From IMG/VR virus record IMGVR_UViG_3300035190_001334, positions 1 to 64,000 of that record: DNA of 64,000 bases; one strand, 5' to 3'. Under the pieces are notes generated by a model. It did no database searches. It had not been told where the DNA came from and saw nothing but the letters and a program-made list of their open reading frames with translations. Origin of the DNA: a virus. Shown here in pieces: positions 10,108 to 21,128 of the stretch; position 1 is the first letter of the stretch; each line of letters starts with the position of its first letter. The translations under genes and the position numbers were made by a program.

Positions 10108-11229
10108 ATGGATATATTGGTTTTCCTCATTGCAACTTTCGGTACTGTAGCTGTATGTCCGTTGATTATCTGGCTTGTAGGCACTGACGGGAGCAACAAG
10201 TCTTAATGGTAAAACATGACATTCGCCTTCGAGTCAGCAGCCTCATTCGACAACTAGACTACCCGCAAATCCGCCTCAAGCGCCTTGACATTGACCTACT
10301 TCGTGCTTGGTGCAACGCAAATTTACCCAAAGCTGTTGAGAAATTTAAACGCGACCGATTCGACCTTAACGAAGCAACGACTTGGGAAGAACTTGCTTGT
10401 TATAACACCATCTTACAAATCTATGGTCGTAAGGTAGCTATATATTTCACTTTCGGGTGGTTAGAGTATCAAGCTGTCAAGGAATTTATTCAGTCTAAGA
10501 AGGGGGCAAAGTTTCGCCAAGACTTTGAGCTTGACCATCATAGCGCTATCTTGCTTTCACCTACAACATTCTTTTCTGCCGAGTCGCTAGACGAATTTTG
10601 GGTGAGCTTCGACCTAAAAAGTGGTAAGGGCTACAACTTCCTCGACTACTCGCACTATAATGATGACGAAGACCTTGACAGCGATGATGAAAAATATCAG
10701 TGGCTTAACGAAGCCCTAGCTGAACAAGAAGACGCAAAAATCAAAAACCCCTACGAGGAAGCCACTCCTCGACGCTCCAGCACACCTCGCAAAACTAAAC
10801 CTAAAAATGCCACTCCTACAAAATAACAAGCGCTACACACGACCACAACCTCAGCCTCAGCAACAACAAGAATCTGAACCTCAACCTAATACAGTAGTAA
10901 TCGTACTGGAAGCGGAGGAGTCTCATCTTATCAATGCTATTTTAGACATCGAAGAAGCCAAAAGTCGCGAACATGACCTAAGATTGCGCCTCAACGTAGT
11001 TCAACAATCTTTGCAAGCATTCCGTGCCTTGGAAGCCGCGCCAGAACCTGCACAAGAAGCTCCTGTACCTGTTGTCAAGAATGTTCGGAAAGCTGCGACC
11101 AAAGTTCGGGTAACTGAACCGAAAAAAGCGGTAACACCTACCCAAAGAAGTATTGCGCCAGAACCAACTGTGAGTGATACTGAAAATATCAATCTTGTAC
11201 ACGATGACTTTGCAACATTTCCTGAATAA
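10108..11229 (+). CDS. Hypothetical proteins: 10108-10206 (32-aa membrane peptide), 10206-10826, 10807-11229
   Basis: Coupled ORFs; the first is a single hydrophobic helix. Confidence 0.6.
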
Positions 11230-11232
11230 CTT

Positions 11233-11715
11233 ATGACCAACAGTTTTTATCTTTCTGAACTCATCGGTATTCCTATCCTCGAATCTTTTGCACAGGCAGC
11301 TAAAGACAGAGAGTTGAAGGAGTTGTCTGATTCTTTGTACGCCAAAGCATCTACAGCTAAGCGTGAAGAACTTCTCTCACCTACAGTTGTTTTCGAGAAC
11401 ACCTCAAAGTTAACCAGAGTGAAGTCTAAAAATTCTCAGTATTACGAAGATGCTAAAGAATTTTATGTTTCTCTCGGTATCTTCAAACTTGACACTACTT
11501 CAGCCACTGCCACAATCACAAAAGACAACAAACTTGAACTCACTTGGACTGAACGTGCAGGTAAAGGGAAATTCTCTAGTAAGATTCCTAACTACCTAGT
11601 CGCCACTTCAGCGCCTATATTAAGCTACGAAGGTGGCGTACTTGATATCCGAGTTCCAGTGGAGTCACGAAGCAAGAATGAAACGGTATTTATCGGTAAG
11701 CTTGAATCGAAGTAG
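11233..11715 (+). CDS. Small heat-shock protein (Hsp20/alpha-crystallin-like)
   Basis: C-terminal LSYEGGVLDIRVP motif; size and beta-strand pattern. Confidence 0.65.
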   Translation: MTNSFYLSELIGIPILESFAQAAKDRELKELSDSLYAKASTAKREELLSPTVVFENTSKLTRVKSKNSQYYEDAKEFYVSLGIFKLDTTSATATITKDNKLELTWTERAGKGKFSSKIPNYLVATSAPILSYEGGVLDIRVPVESRSKNETVFIGKLESK

Positions 11716-11777
11716 TAAAGAATTACGAAGACTAATTCTCCCTATTTTTATTGAAAGGGTAAAGCAACAAATTTATA

Positions 11778-11805
11778 GGGGACGCTGCGGTGTCCCTTTT
11801 CTTTT
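11778..11805 (+). terminator. Rho-independent terminator
   Basis: GGGACGC-tgcg-GTGTCCC followed by TTTTCTTTT. Confidence 0.7.
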
Positions 11806-11821
11806 ACTAAGGAGAAAAATC

Positions 11822-12443
11822 ATGTTTAATTTCGATGAAATCTACAAGTTGATGCTGGAATATCTGCTAATAGTAGTATTGACGATTCTTGGGCTACAAG
11901 TTACACTTCTATTTACACAAACTATTTGGGAACTTTACAATTATGGCAGACCCTAGACACTACAGTATTTCAATTCTCGAAAACTTTTCAGATAAGCCGT
12001 TACAGGAAATTGCACTTGCAGTTGCAAAAAAGATTGAGAAAGATATCTCAGAAGATGACTTTACTCTTTGGGATGAAGCTGAAGACTTGGAGTTAGGTGC
12101 TAATTTCTTAACTACTGAAGAGGCTTATACTTGGTATTTTGTGGCTGACGACCTTTTACCGATATTCAAAGATTTTCCAGATACTTGTTTCTGTCTTTCG
12201 GTTAGCGACGGTGAGTGCGGTGGTCAGTACCGTGCCTTGTTCTTCAATGGGAAATATGTAAAACAATACCCTGAAATTCGTTACGAAGAGTTTCGCCCTA
12301 ACGACTTCGAGTACCAAGCTTCAGAGAAAACCCCCTTGGGAAGTGCAGAAAAGAATGTTGAAGAGCCTGACCCTGTAGAAATCGATTTTATTAAGAAGAG
12401 CTGGCAATATTATTTCGGAGAACGCACAAGATGCTTGACCTAG
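11822..12443 (+). CDS. Small membrane protein (11822-11956) and acidic hypothetical protein (11943-12443)
   Basis: AAGGAG RBS before 11822; coupled ORFs. Confidence 0.6.
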
Positions 12444-13033
12444 ATGTGACCATGATTGACCCGACCCAGCCTAGTACCAATATCGAAACAGCAAGTGTGG
12501 CTTCAGCAGACGACCCAGAGACTCATAAAATAATTAGGAGGCTTTTGACTATGCCACAAGTAAATCTGCACTCAATGCCACAAGACGCGAACATTCTCGA
12601 CGTTGACCTCACTAACCCTGAGAACTCCATTTTTATCCCTGTGAACTGCGTAGGAGTGATGGGGAAAGGTTTGGCGCTTGATTTCAAGAAAATGTATCCA
12701 GCAAAATTTGAAATATACCAGACTCATTGTGAGGTAGGGCTTCTAGCTGTCGGTAATCCCAGTATATTGTGCGATTGGGGTTACAAAGGCTCGGTAGTAT
12801 TTTTCCCAACTAAAAACGATTGGCGCAATCCTTCAGAACTTATCTGGATTCGCGAAGGTCTAATTCGTCTTGCTACCCAACCTTCACATACACAATGGCG
12901 CAAACAAACACGTAATATCCATATCCCCAAACTTGGCTGCGGTCTTGGCGGTCTTGATTGGGTTGCCGTGAGGAAAATTATCGAGCAGTTTGCTGCTTGT
13001 ATGCCCGAACACGAAATCTACCTTTATGAATAG
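12431..13033 (+). CDS. Macrodomain ADP-ribosyl hydrolase (DarG/TARG1-like)
   Basis: PVNCVGVMGKGLAL.FK..YP, FFPTK.DWR.PS, IPKLGCGLGGLDW. Confidence 0.9.
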   Translation: MLDLDVTMIDPTQPSTNIETASVASADDPETHKIIRRLLTMPQVNLHSMPQDANILDVDLTNPENSIFIPVNCVGVMGKGLALDFKKMYPAKFEIYQTHCEVGLLAVGNPSILCDWGYKGSVVFFPTKNDWRNPSELIWIREGLIRLATQPSHTQWRKQTRNIHIPKLGCGLGGLDWVAVRKIIEQFAACMPEHEIYLYE

Positions 13034-13035
13034 CG

Positions 13036-13440
13036 ATGCTAGGAAGTCTTCCTAATCCACAAGAATCTAGGATAATCCCTATCCCAGATAAACTAAACAA
13101 ACTTTATATAGATACCCACAACATTCTTCAGCAGTATAAAGATACAACTGCTCCACTACTTGCTAAAGAAATTATAAGGATATCTACTAATTTAGATTTT
13201 GTTTTTGAGAATCTATCTATAGCAGATGAGGAGTCTAAAATTGAACACTGTATTAGGCTTTATGAGTACTACTACAAACTACTTTCTTACTACGACTCAC
13301 TATTTTTGTCTGACGAAGTTGAAAAACATTTAACTGTAGAGGCAGAAAAAGAAAGGCTGCTTACGATAGAACGACAAGCTGAGCGTAAAATACGTAATGC
13401 CCTAGCAGAACAAGAAAAAATACTCTTAGGCTGGTTTTAG
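13036..13440 (+). CDS. Hypothetical protein
   Basis: 134-aa ORF in the operon. Confidence 0.6.
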   Translation: MLGSLPNPQESRIIPIPDKLNKLYIDTHNILQQYKDTTAPLLAKEIIRISTNLDFVFENLSIADEESKIEHCIRLYEYYYKLLSYYDSLFLSDEVEKHLTVEAEKERLLTIERQAERKIRNALAEQEKILLGWF

Positions 13441-13443
13441 TAG

Positions 13444-13472
13444 TTGACAACACATCCCTTTTCTGCAATACT
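13444..13472 (+). promoter_or_regulatory. Sigma70-type promoter
   Basis: TTGACA-N17-AATACT; AAGGAG RBS before ATG 13500. Confidence 0.55.
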
Positions 13473-13499
13473 TTTTAGTAATATTTAAGGAGCAAATAG

Positions 13500-14203
13500 A
13501 TGTCACGCACCAAAAAGCACAGAGACTTGTTTTTTCTTCAGTTTCTTCGCAAACTTATCCGTTCTATCGGCAGCCCTTTCACACATCCTCGCGCATCTCG
13601 TTGGGCTAAAGTACGTCGTAGAGTCAGCAGACAGTACGGAGGCTCTAACTTGGGAGACAATCAACGTGTAGACACCAAATATAACTGGACACCATTCAAA
13701 CGTGCAGCTAAGCGAAGTGACCGTCGGCAAGCGCTACAACAAGCACATCAACAACTTGAGGAATACGAGTATGAAAATTAAATTACTCCCTTCGTGGGGA
13801 TGCGCCGATATAATTGTCCTATCCATCTTTTCTGTTTATATTACTTTCGTATTCTTTACTATTGATTTTTGGGATTGGAAATGGAAGACTGATAAAGGCG
13901 AAAACTACTACACCATCATGCCGCCCACTTTTTCTGTCACTTTTGATTGGGATAGAATCTATGAAATTTAAACTGCCACCAAGATTCAAAATTTTCCACA
14001 ATGTTTCAGAGGACTATTATCTCGTATATCAACGGTTTTACCTCTTTTGGTATATAGCAGAAAGAAGAGATGTTGGTTATGATGCAATGGAAGTAATTCG
14101 TTACGCAACACTTGAAGAAGCTGAAACTTATATCAACCAATTGCTTGAGCATGAAAAACAATCTAAAATTCCCGATGAAATTAAATTAGTAAAAGAACTA
14201 TGA
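13500..14203 (+). CDS. Arg-rich basic protein (13500-13781) and two small proteins (13771-13971, 13961-14203)
   Basis: Coupled ORFs with a strong RBS. Confidence 0.6.
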
Positions 14204-15330
14204 CTAACACCTCTATTGCTCCCGTCGAAATCGTTACAATCTCGCGTATTATCCCTATCTATAAAAATGGCGAAGAAGCCTCTGCTATCCAAGTTGTGAA
14301 CTTCAACTTTGCCAATGGTGATGAATGCGGCTATAACGTCATTTCACAAAAAGGTATCTATCAAGTAGGTTCCAAAGCGGTCTACATTCAACCTGACTAC
14401 TGCTTACCCGACTCTCCTTTGTTCGCAAGCTTCACGGCTCCTAACGGCGACCCCAACAAATCTCGACTTGGCAAGAACAACCGCATTCGAGCGCTCAAAT
14501 TCAACTTCAGCTTCGAGAACAGTTCTGACCCAATATACTCTGTTGGCATCTTACTTAACACAAACGAGCTACCTATCGAGTTACTGGCGACTGAAGACCT
14601 CGCAGCAGCTTTGGGCATCACTAAGTACGAAGAACCAGAGAAAGGCGCTACAGGACTAACTAGAGGCACATTACCTTCTTTTCTGTATTCCACTGATGAA
14701 GTCAACTGCGCGAACCTCAAGTCCCACATTAATCGTGTTCTTGCAAGCGGAGCAGAAGTTGCGTACACTATCAAAGTTGATGGAAGCTCGTTCACTGAGT
14801 ATTTCAAGAAAGATGCTGAAGGAAATTGGTACACAGGTATTTGCTCCCGTTCTCTTGAAAAGAAAATCACTGATGACACTGCTGATAGTTGGGTGAAGTT
14901 GGCTAAATCTTCGGGCTTGTATGAACGTGGCATGGAATACTGCAAGAAGCATAATGTCGAACTCGCTTTTCGTGGAGAAATCTACGGTCAAGGACTTAAA
15001 GGTAGCGGCAACAAGTTGAACCCAGATGCTAATAAAAAACAAGGACTCATTATTTTCGGCATCGATGATTTATCAAGTGGTTTCGCTACTCGCATCCATT
15101 ACGGAGAGCGACACAATCTTGACGATGTTTGTGAAGAGTTGGGAATTAATTATACTTCTGCGGCTGTTTTTCACCCTAAGAATTACGATGAGTTAGTTTC
15201 TATTGCATCTGATATTTTTAAAGATGAAAAAGAATCTGGCTATGTTGTTGAGGGTGTAGTTGTTCGCACCGTTTACTCGAATGATTTGTCCTGTAAGATT
15301 ATGAATCCTGAATATGATGCCAAAAAATAA
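14200..15330 (+). CDS. RNA ligase (DRB0094/Rnl5-like, N-terminal OB-like domain)
   Basis: Motif I TIKVDGSS, ICSR, RGEIYGQG, EGVV, CKIMN; N-terminal G.YQVG.KAVYI.PD. Confidence 0.88.
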   Translation: MTNTSIAPVEIVTISRIIPIYKNGEEASAIQVVNFNFANGDECGYNVISQKGIYQVGSKAVYIQPDYCLPDSPLFASFTAPNGDPNKSRLGKNNRIRALKFNFSFENSSDPIYSVGILLNTNELPIELLATEDLAAALGITKYEEPEKGATGLTRGTLPSFLYSTDEVNCANLKSHINRVLASGAEVAYTIKVDGSSFTEYFKKDAEGNWYTGICSRSLEKKITDDTADSWVKLAKSSGLYERGMEYCKKHNVELAFRGEIYGQGLKGSGNKLNPDANKKQGLIIFGIDDLSSGFATRIHYGERHNLDDVCEELGINYTSAAVFHPKNYDELVSIASDIFKDEKESGYVVEGVVVRTVYSNDLSCKIMNPEYDAKK

Positions 15331-15840
15331 TTAGTAACTCGTAACCGATTTCACGTAAATGAGATTGTTGATACAAACAAACTCAATAACTGCAAAGTTA
15401 CTCGAAAATGCAAACACAGGAAGAGAACCGAATCTGAAGCGTGAGTCCCATCCCGTAATCGTCCAAGCACCACTATTCCTATCCAACAATAAACTACCAG
15501 CACCATTTCTCAGCGTCGTCTGTAGATTAATGGTGCTATTTTGCGTAAAGACCACTCGAACCTGCTCTACGCTCGTAAAATCAGCTACAGTTGTCCCTGA
15601 TGTAGTTGTGACGCTCGTAATTGTGTTTAGTTTGTTCGTGGTATTATTTGACCTGAACCACCGACCAGCACCCGCAGTCGGAGCAAATATCTGCCCTGCG
15701 ACAATAGCATCTGAAGCCGTAGCATCGTATATTAACCAAGACTTGAGTTCGATACAGACTACCGCAAACCCTTGGGGAAGTGTGCTGACATCGAGATTGA
15801 GAACTTCAGTGAACGTAGAAAAAGAAATAGGGTGAGCCAA
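15331..15840 (-). CDS. Tail fibre/spike-associated protein
   Basis: YDATAS...P..GAGRWF module shared with other tail genes. Confidence 0.55.
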   Translation of the reverse strand: MAHPISFSTFTEVLNLDVSTLPQGFAVVCIELKSWLIYDATASDAIVAGQIFAPTAGAGRWFRSNNTTNKLNTITSVTTTSGTTVADFTSVEQVRVVFTQNSTINLQTTLRNGAGSLLLDRNSGAWTITGWDSRFRFGSLPVFAFSSNFAVIEFVCINNLIYVKSVTSY

Positions 15841-15842
15841 AA

Positions 15843-17615
15843 TTATTCTCCATAAAAAACATCGGGAATGTAATCTCCAGTGTATCTCGCAGACTTAGTG
15901 ACCCGTAACTGTGGAATCTCAATCCAACTCCTACTGCGGAACAAAGAGGTATTAAGACTTGCTACTGCGCTATCTTGAGTGAAAGTACGTTTGATACTAA
16001 ATTCAGAGCTTGACGAGGCTGCATTCATCACTTCGCTTGTAGTTGCAGTTGATTCAAGTTCGCCATTCAAGAATAGAGAACAAGTTGCGCCAGATTTCAC
16101 AAAAGATACATCAACTAATGTACTGTCTGGAATATCGGTCACACCGTCCAAAGTGAAGCTACCAAAGGCGATGCGTAACTTGAGGTCATAGATTCCCCAC
16201 GTAAATCCACCTTCAACATCGATAATAGCTCCGCGAGTATTGCCAATCGGATTGTAAATTTTGGCTTCGAGAGTTACATTACCTGTTATCTCCAAGTTGC
16301 TGTTTGTATATCCAATATGCGAGTACTTATTGAGCCGTCCTGACGCGATAAGAGGTTGAACTGTAGTGTTTGAGGTAAAACTTCTTGTGAGGCTGTACTG
16401 AGCAAAATCCGTATCACCCACATTGAATTTGAGAAGTAGCACTGTGTTAGCTGTTAACGTATCTTTAGGCGGAACATCGTTAGTAGAAAAAGGAATGCTG
16501 GCTGCTGTATTGATGGTAAGTTGGCGCAAATATCCTTGCCAACTCTGAGAAGTCCATGACGGTGTTCCAGTAGCGTTTTTCAAGCTGCCGATACACAGTG
16601 GCTCAGTTGAGTTATTGTTGAAATTGTTAGCTGATTTGAGATGAGCGCTAAGTACACCATCAATAAATATTTTGTAAACTCGCCCGATTCGGTTAATAAC
16701 AATACCATGCTCCTTGACATCATCTGGTAAGGCGCATGAAAGCACGTTACTACCAAAGATAGCAAACAAGGTACTATCAGCCGCTACACCCACATAAAAC
16801 CCTATGCTGGATGCTTTGTGGCTACCCACGATACATCCATACTCGCCTACGCTCGTTTTGGCAGAAAAGAAGGAAATGGTGAAGTCAGTTTCGTCGAGGT
16901 CGAGAGTACTGGTTTTGGTTGCTTCGAGTCGCCCAGTGGAGCCAAGAAGGAGGCGCGACTTGCTGATGCTCGGAGTGCCTACAGTAGCCGCGATAGCCGA
17001 GATGCCAGCACCAGTGTATGCAGTTGTTGAGGAGCCGAACGCCAGATACAGAATTTCAGAGGCAGGAGCCGTGTACCCTATCTTTTCTGCCACACCGATT
17101 AAGCCGCTAGGCGAGATGTTGTCGCTGTAATTGATATTCGCGTAAAGTTTATTAACATATTGCAGTTCGAGGACTTGCTTGCCAAAATATGCAGTGAGAA
17201 GTGTTGCAAGGCTATATTGCTTAGGTAGCGCGAAGATATCAGTGAAATTCTTGATTATGTGACCATTTGGGACTAGCTCAATGAAATATTTGGTGTACTT
17301 GCCAGCATTGAGGATTGTGAGGGTCGTGTTGGCTGTTAGAGTGATACTGAGGTACTGAGTCGCGGTAGCGAGGTCAAGTGAGTATGTGTCGGTCGAGATG
17401 GTGATTGAAGTGAGAGCGTAGGCGCTGATTTGATTCTGGGGTATGTACTCGAAGCCTGAAGATGCGTTGAGACTGTTTGTTATGTTCGTGTAAACGCCCC
17501 AACATTTGCGGTCAAAGTTGATTAGCGGAGTGCTTGCAGGTAATAATGAGGAATCTAGTGCCGAAAGCTCTGAATCGCTGTTTACTGTATAGCCGTTGCG
17601 TGGAGGTCTTGCCAT
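15843..17615 (-). CDS. Tail protein with two LamG/ConA-like domains
   Basis: DFTISFF, IFIDGVL, T.EAKIY, LFLNGEL, LRVTKSARYT. Confidence 0.75.
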   Translation of the reverse strand: MARPPRNGYTVNSDSELSALDSSLLPASTPLINFDRKCWGVYTNITNSLNASSGFEYIPQNQISAYALTSITISTDTYSLDLATATQYLSITLTANTTLTILNAGKYTKYFIELVPNGHIIKNFTDIFALPKQYSLATLLTAYFGKQVLELQYVNKLYANINYSDNISPSGLIGVAEKIGYTAPASEILYLAFGSSTTAYTGAGISAIAATVGTPSISKSRLLLGSTGRLEATKTSTLDLDETDFTISFFSAKTSVGEYGCIVGSHKASSIGFYVGVAADSTLFAIFGSNVLSCALPDDVKEHGIVINRIGRVYKIFIDGVLSAHLKSANNFNNNSTEPLCIGSLKNATGTPSWTSQSWQGYLRQLTINTAASIPFSTNDVPPKDTLTANTVLLLKFNVGDTDFAQYSLTRSFTSNTTVQPLIASGRLNKYSHIGYTNSNLEITGNVTLEAKIYNPIGNTRGAIIDVEGGFTWGIYDLKLRIAFGSFTLDGVTDIPDSTLVDVSFVKSGATCSLFLNGELESTATTSEVMNAASSSSEFSIKRTFTQDSAVASLNTSLFRSRSWIEIPQLRVTKSARYTGDYIPDVFYGE

Positions 17616-17629
17616 TAAATTATTATACC
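17616..17629 (-). promoter_or_regulatory. Leaderless-type promoter
   Basis: GG-TATAAT-N6-ATG. Confidence 0.6.
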
Positions 17630-17873
17630 AAACTAAAGATACGTACTAGGGAGGATGATTTTGTCTTCTGGACGCTATACAATGCGGCAGGTGTACGCAA
17701 GAAACAACAGAGTTGATTCGAGTCTCTATACGCGCAGACGTTCGATATCAAACTAAAGATATATTGTCATAGAGAGATTTTGTAGTTATTGAGTGATTTG
17801 CTGACAACAAGAGAAATCTTATTGCAAAAAGTTTAGTGCTAAAATCATTAAAACCTAGCAACAGGCGACGAAA

Positions 17874-18566
17874 TTGGCTAAACAACGAAATCAATCCACA
17901 GCGCTGTTTTCCGTAGACAAGCTCCTCACAGTAAAGCCGATGACGGCTAACCAGCAGAAAGCGTTTGATATGTGGGGTGAGAATTATAACCTCATCCTCA
18001 GTGGGTTTCAGGGTACTGGAAAGACTTACCTTGCTTTATACCTCGCTCTAAAATCTTTTTTATTGAGAAAGTACGAGAAAGTTGTAATCATCCGTTCGAT
18101 TGTCCCAACACGTAACATCGGCTTCCTCAAAGGGACACAGCAGGAGAAAGAGTGCGTGTATGAACAAACTTATTTGAATCTCGTCAACAAACTTCTACCC
18201 ACGATTCCTAATGCTTACGATGTGATGAAGAAGGAGAAAACGATTGAGTTTACGTCTACCAGTTTCATTCGCGGAAATAATATCGACAAGGCAGTGGTAA
18301 TTATTGATGAATTTTCCAACCTTACTTACCATGAGTTGAGTTCAGTAATAACGAGACTCGGAGAGAACGTTAGGGTAATATTTTCAGGAGATTTTTATCA
18401 ATCAGATTTACGATATTCTGACGAGAAAGAAGGTGTTTTAAAATTTTTAAAAGTTCTTTCACTAATGGAGGAAGATTTTAAACGTGTTGACTTTACTATT
18501 GATGACGTAGTTCGTAGCGGTTTAGTGAAAAGGTTCCTCCTTGCGGAGCATGAACTAAGACAATAG
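17874..18566 (+). CDS. phoH: PhoH-family ATPase
   Basis: G.QGTGKTYLA, IGFLKG, FIRG, IIDEFSN, TRLGEN, SGD..QSDL, DVVRSGLV. Confidence 0.95.
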   Translation: MAKQRNQSTALFSVDKLLTVKPMTANQQKAFDMWGENYNLILSGFQGTGKTYLALYLALKSFLLRKYEKVVIIRSIVPTRNIGFLKGTQQEKECVYEQTYLNLVNKLLPTIPNAYDVMKKEKTIEFTSTSFIRGNNIDKAVVIIDEFSNLTYHELSSVITRLGENVRVIFSGDFYQSDLRYSDEKEGVLKFLKVLSLMEEDFKRVDFTIDDVVRSGLVKRFLLAEHELRQ

Positions 18567-18598
18567 GGCAGCTTTAGTCCAAGCTATTTTACGATATG

Positions 18599-18622
18599 AC
18601 CCAGCAGCAATGTTGGGTTTTT
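18599..18622 (+). terminator. Rho-independent terminator
   Basis: ACCCAGCA-GCAA-TGTTGGGT followed by a T-run. Confidence 0.8.
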
Positions 18623-18696
18623 GTGTATATACCCTCAGATAGATGTTTTACAAAATTATACGTGCTTCAATGAAGTTGTTGTAAACAGCAAAACAA

Positions 18697-19392
18697 ATGT
18701 TTGAAGATTTAGTAAATAGCTCCAAGCGCGAAAACGACAATTATGTTAACGCTACGAAATGGTGTAAACAGTTTGGTAAGGGCAAAGAGTGGTCTAGATT
18801 TATGCAAGTCGAAACTACTATAAAGTTTGTCGAAGCTTGCTGTCAGAAATTAAACCTCTCCACAAAAGAGGTTATCCAAGCAAAGCAAGGACGCAATGGT
18901 GGTACTTGGGTTCACCCACTTATCGCAATCAAATTGGCTGAATGGCTTAGTCCAGATTTTGAAGTTTTTGTCAAGGAAGTATTTGTTGCCTACATCGAAG
19001 CAGATATTAGTTTGGCTGACTCTATCATTGAACGTACTGATGACCTCGAAGGACTCAAAAAGCACAACACCAAATCTGCTGCCAGACAAAAGCAGCTTGA
19101 GGGCTACCACGACTTGATGAACGAATTGCGTAAACACAAGTGCGAGGATATACACTTCGCAACCGTGAACAAACACAATAATCAACTTATTGGTGTGGAA
19201 ACTCGTAAAGCTGGGCTGACTAAAGATGAAGTCAGTGTAGTCACTATTTTGGAGAATTTCGAGAGGCTTCGACTGTCGGGCGAAATCCCTACAAAACCTT
19301 GGAAGGCTGTGAATCTGACCAAGGATGCAGGGAATCGCTTGATGCAGTTTCTAGCTGGGGAACTAATTCCAGAAACTAGAGCTACAACTTAA
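18697..19392 (+). CDS. KilA-N domain DNA-binding protein
   Basis: DNYVNATKWCKQFGK, GGTWVHPLIAIKLAEWLSPDF. Confidence 0.9.
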   Translation: MFEDLVNSSKRENDNYVNATKWCKQFGKGKEWSRFMQVETTIKFVEACCQKLNLSTKEVIQAKQGRNGGTWVHPLIAIKLAEWLSPDFEVFVKEVFVAYIEADISLADSIIERTDDLEGLKKHNTKSAARQKQLEGYHDLMNELRKHKCEDIHFATVNKHNNQLIGVETRKAGLTKDEVSVVTILENFERLRLSGEIPTKPWKAVNLTKDAGNRLMQFLAGELIPETRATT

Positions 19393-19622
19393 AAACGCTT
19401 ACTATCTTCGGGAACGGGGTCGGGCTTATCAACAGGCTCGTCCTCGTCGTTATCATCTTCATCCCAGAAGACCTCACTCATTTCCAAAATCTGAAATAAT
19501 AACGAAAGATGTTCCGAGACTAATTCACTATTTTTCTCGCTTAAATCTACCAAAGCAAGCCCCTGAGCTTTCTCGGCAATTTTTATTTGATTTTCGGTTA
19601 ATTTACTAAAATCAAGTTCCAT
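19389..19622 (-). CDS. Small acidic protein
   Basis: 77-aa ORF with upstream GGTAGAAT. Confidence 0.55.
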   Translation of the reverse strand: MELDFSKLTENQIKIAEKAQGLALVDLSEKNSELVSEHLSLLFQILEMSEVFWDEDDNDEDEPVDKPDPVPEDSKRF

Positions 19623-19654
19623 GTTGTGACCTGCAAGGTTTTATTTATTCTACC

Positions 19655-21052
19655 CTAAAAGTAGCTTTTCAACTGCGGGAACTCTAGATTCAGCCAATTC
19701 CAAAAACTCACATCACTCCAGTTATACACTCTCTTTGGTAGCGGCTGGGACATCACACTGAAGGCACTCGCGCCACTTTCAAGGTAAATTCCGTTGCACA
19801 ACCCTAAAATACCTGAGCAGACAGAAAAGAGATTAGCGTTGCTTGCTATCGTTGTAGTGTATGCGGTCGTCACATTTATATCCGCGCTATTCACTTTTAA
19901 TGTTAAGGTGGTAGCGCTTTTTTGCACATATATATGATTCCATGCCCCAGTGACGGGAATCCACGAAGTTGAAATTACTACTACGCCATTGATTGACACC
20001 TCTAGGTTATTTGAGATTGTCTTTCTAAGAGCAAACACCCCATTTTTTTCTGCCAAGGCGACCAGCCGCCCCGAAGGATTTGTGTTGAAATATATAAAAG
20101 CATTCAGTGTAAATTCATTAGGAAAAACCACATCTTCATACTGCACATTGGTAGTCGAGCCACAAATAAGGCACTCCGTCCCAAACAACTTATTTTCTGA
20201 CTCATATTCAATACCAGACATTGAGGAGATTTTTGAATTGCTGCTTTGGTCAGAAAGTCGCCCATTGAAATCTAAGTGTAGGAGGCTCGAATTGTTGCTT
20301 GGCGAGGTATATGTCGTAAGATTTATATCTGGGTCGCTGACGCGCAATATTAAGCTATTGGAGTAGATAACTGAACTTGGCTTTAGCGTCGTGGGTATAG
20401 CTATATCTGCCTCGAACCAAATATTGTTGCTAGAATCTGTAATTCTTGCGAGATTTATTGTGCTGTTGATAGTAGGAAGTGTCTGTGTGTTACCGTACTC
20501 GAAAAATATCTCGCCAAGTGTGCCAATTTCGCGCTTCGACCACTTAGCGGCTGTCAGTGAGATTGTGGCTTGTAGTGCGTTGCTGTTGTTGTAATACTTG
20601 GCGCTCAGCGCGCTGGGAAAAGTGTCTAGCCCTTTGAAAATTAGCTGAAGTATTGCGTTGCTTAATTTAGTTGCACCAAAGTCTAATGTCAGTGTTACAC
20701 CTGTTCCAGAATAAAGTATTAGCTCGTTGCCGCTTTCAATTACAGTATCGAGAGGCGAAGCAGCAGCAAGAATAATGCCGTCAGAGGTAGTAAGGCGGAG
20801 GTAGAGGGGTAACGCATAATCAGTTAAGGCAGTTCCGAAATTTATATCGTTGCTATTATTACAGGTGTTGTCTGTAATTGTCCAGTAGCTTGCATCTAGA
20901 TTGAGCGCTGAGATGCCAAACAGTGTGTTGGTGATATTAGCTCCGCTTGTGTTATGCAGAGTGGCTAGAATTGGCAAAGAAGCTGCTGTGATGGTCTGCT
21001 GCTTGATTACTTTTTCGGCGATGTCAACGCAAGTTTGGAAGAGTGTGGTCAT
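19655..21052 (-). CDS. Tail protein with C-terminal LamG-like domain
   Basis: LLHLDFNG, KLFG, FTLNAFIY, WNHIYV; N-terminal NSNDINFGTA typical of tail fibres. Confidence 0.7.
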   Translation of the reverse strand: MTTLFQTCVDIAEKVIKQQTITAASLPILATLHNTSGANITNTLFGISALNLDASYWTITDNTCNNSNDINFGTALTDYALPLYLRLTTSDGIILAAASPLDTVIESGNELILYSGTGVTLTLDFGATKLSNAILQLIFKGLDTFPSALSAKYYNNSNALQATISLTAAKWSKREIGTLGEIFFEYGNTQTLPTINSTINLARITDSSNNIWFEADIAIPTTLKPSSVIYSNSLILRVSDPDINLTTYTSPSNNSSLLHLDFNGRLSDQSSNSKISSMSGIEYESENKLFGTECLICGSTTNVQYEDVVFPNEFTLNAFIYFNTNPSGRLVALAEKNGVFALRKTISNNLEVSINGVVVISTSWIPVTGAWNHIYVQKSATTLTLKVNSADINVTTAYTTTIASNANLFSVCSGILGLCNGIYLESGASAFSVMSQPLPKRVYNWSDVSFWNWLNLEFPQLKSYF

Positions 21053-21128
21053 TGTTATATCTTACCAGAGGAGCATTGCAAAATTAGCACACTGAATATA
21101 CACTAGCTGAACAACTTAAGTCAATATT

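Noticed and set aside
17629-17761. CAAACTAAAGATA repeated twice as a mini-CRISPR
   Set aside because: Only 13 bp, two copies 120 bp apart, no cas genes; no CRISPR array seen anywhere in the window.
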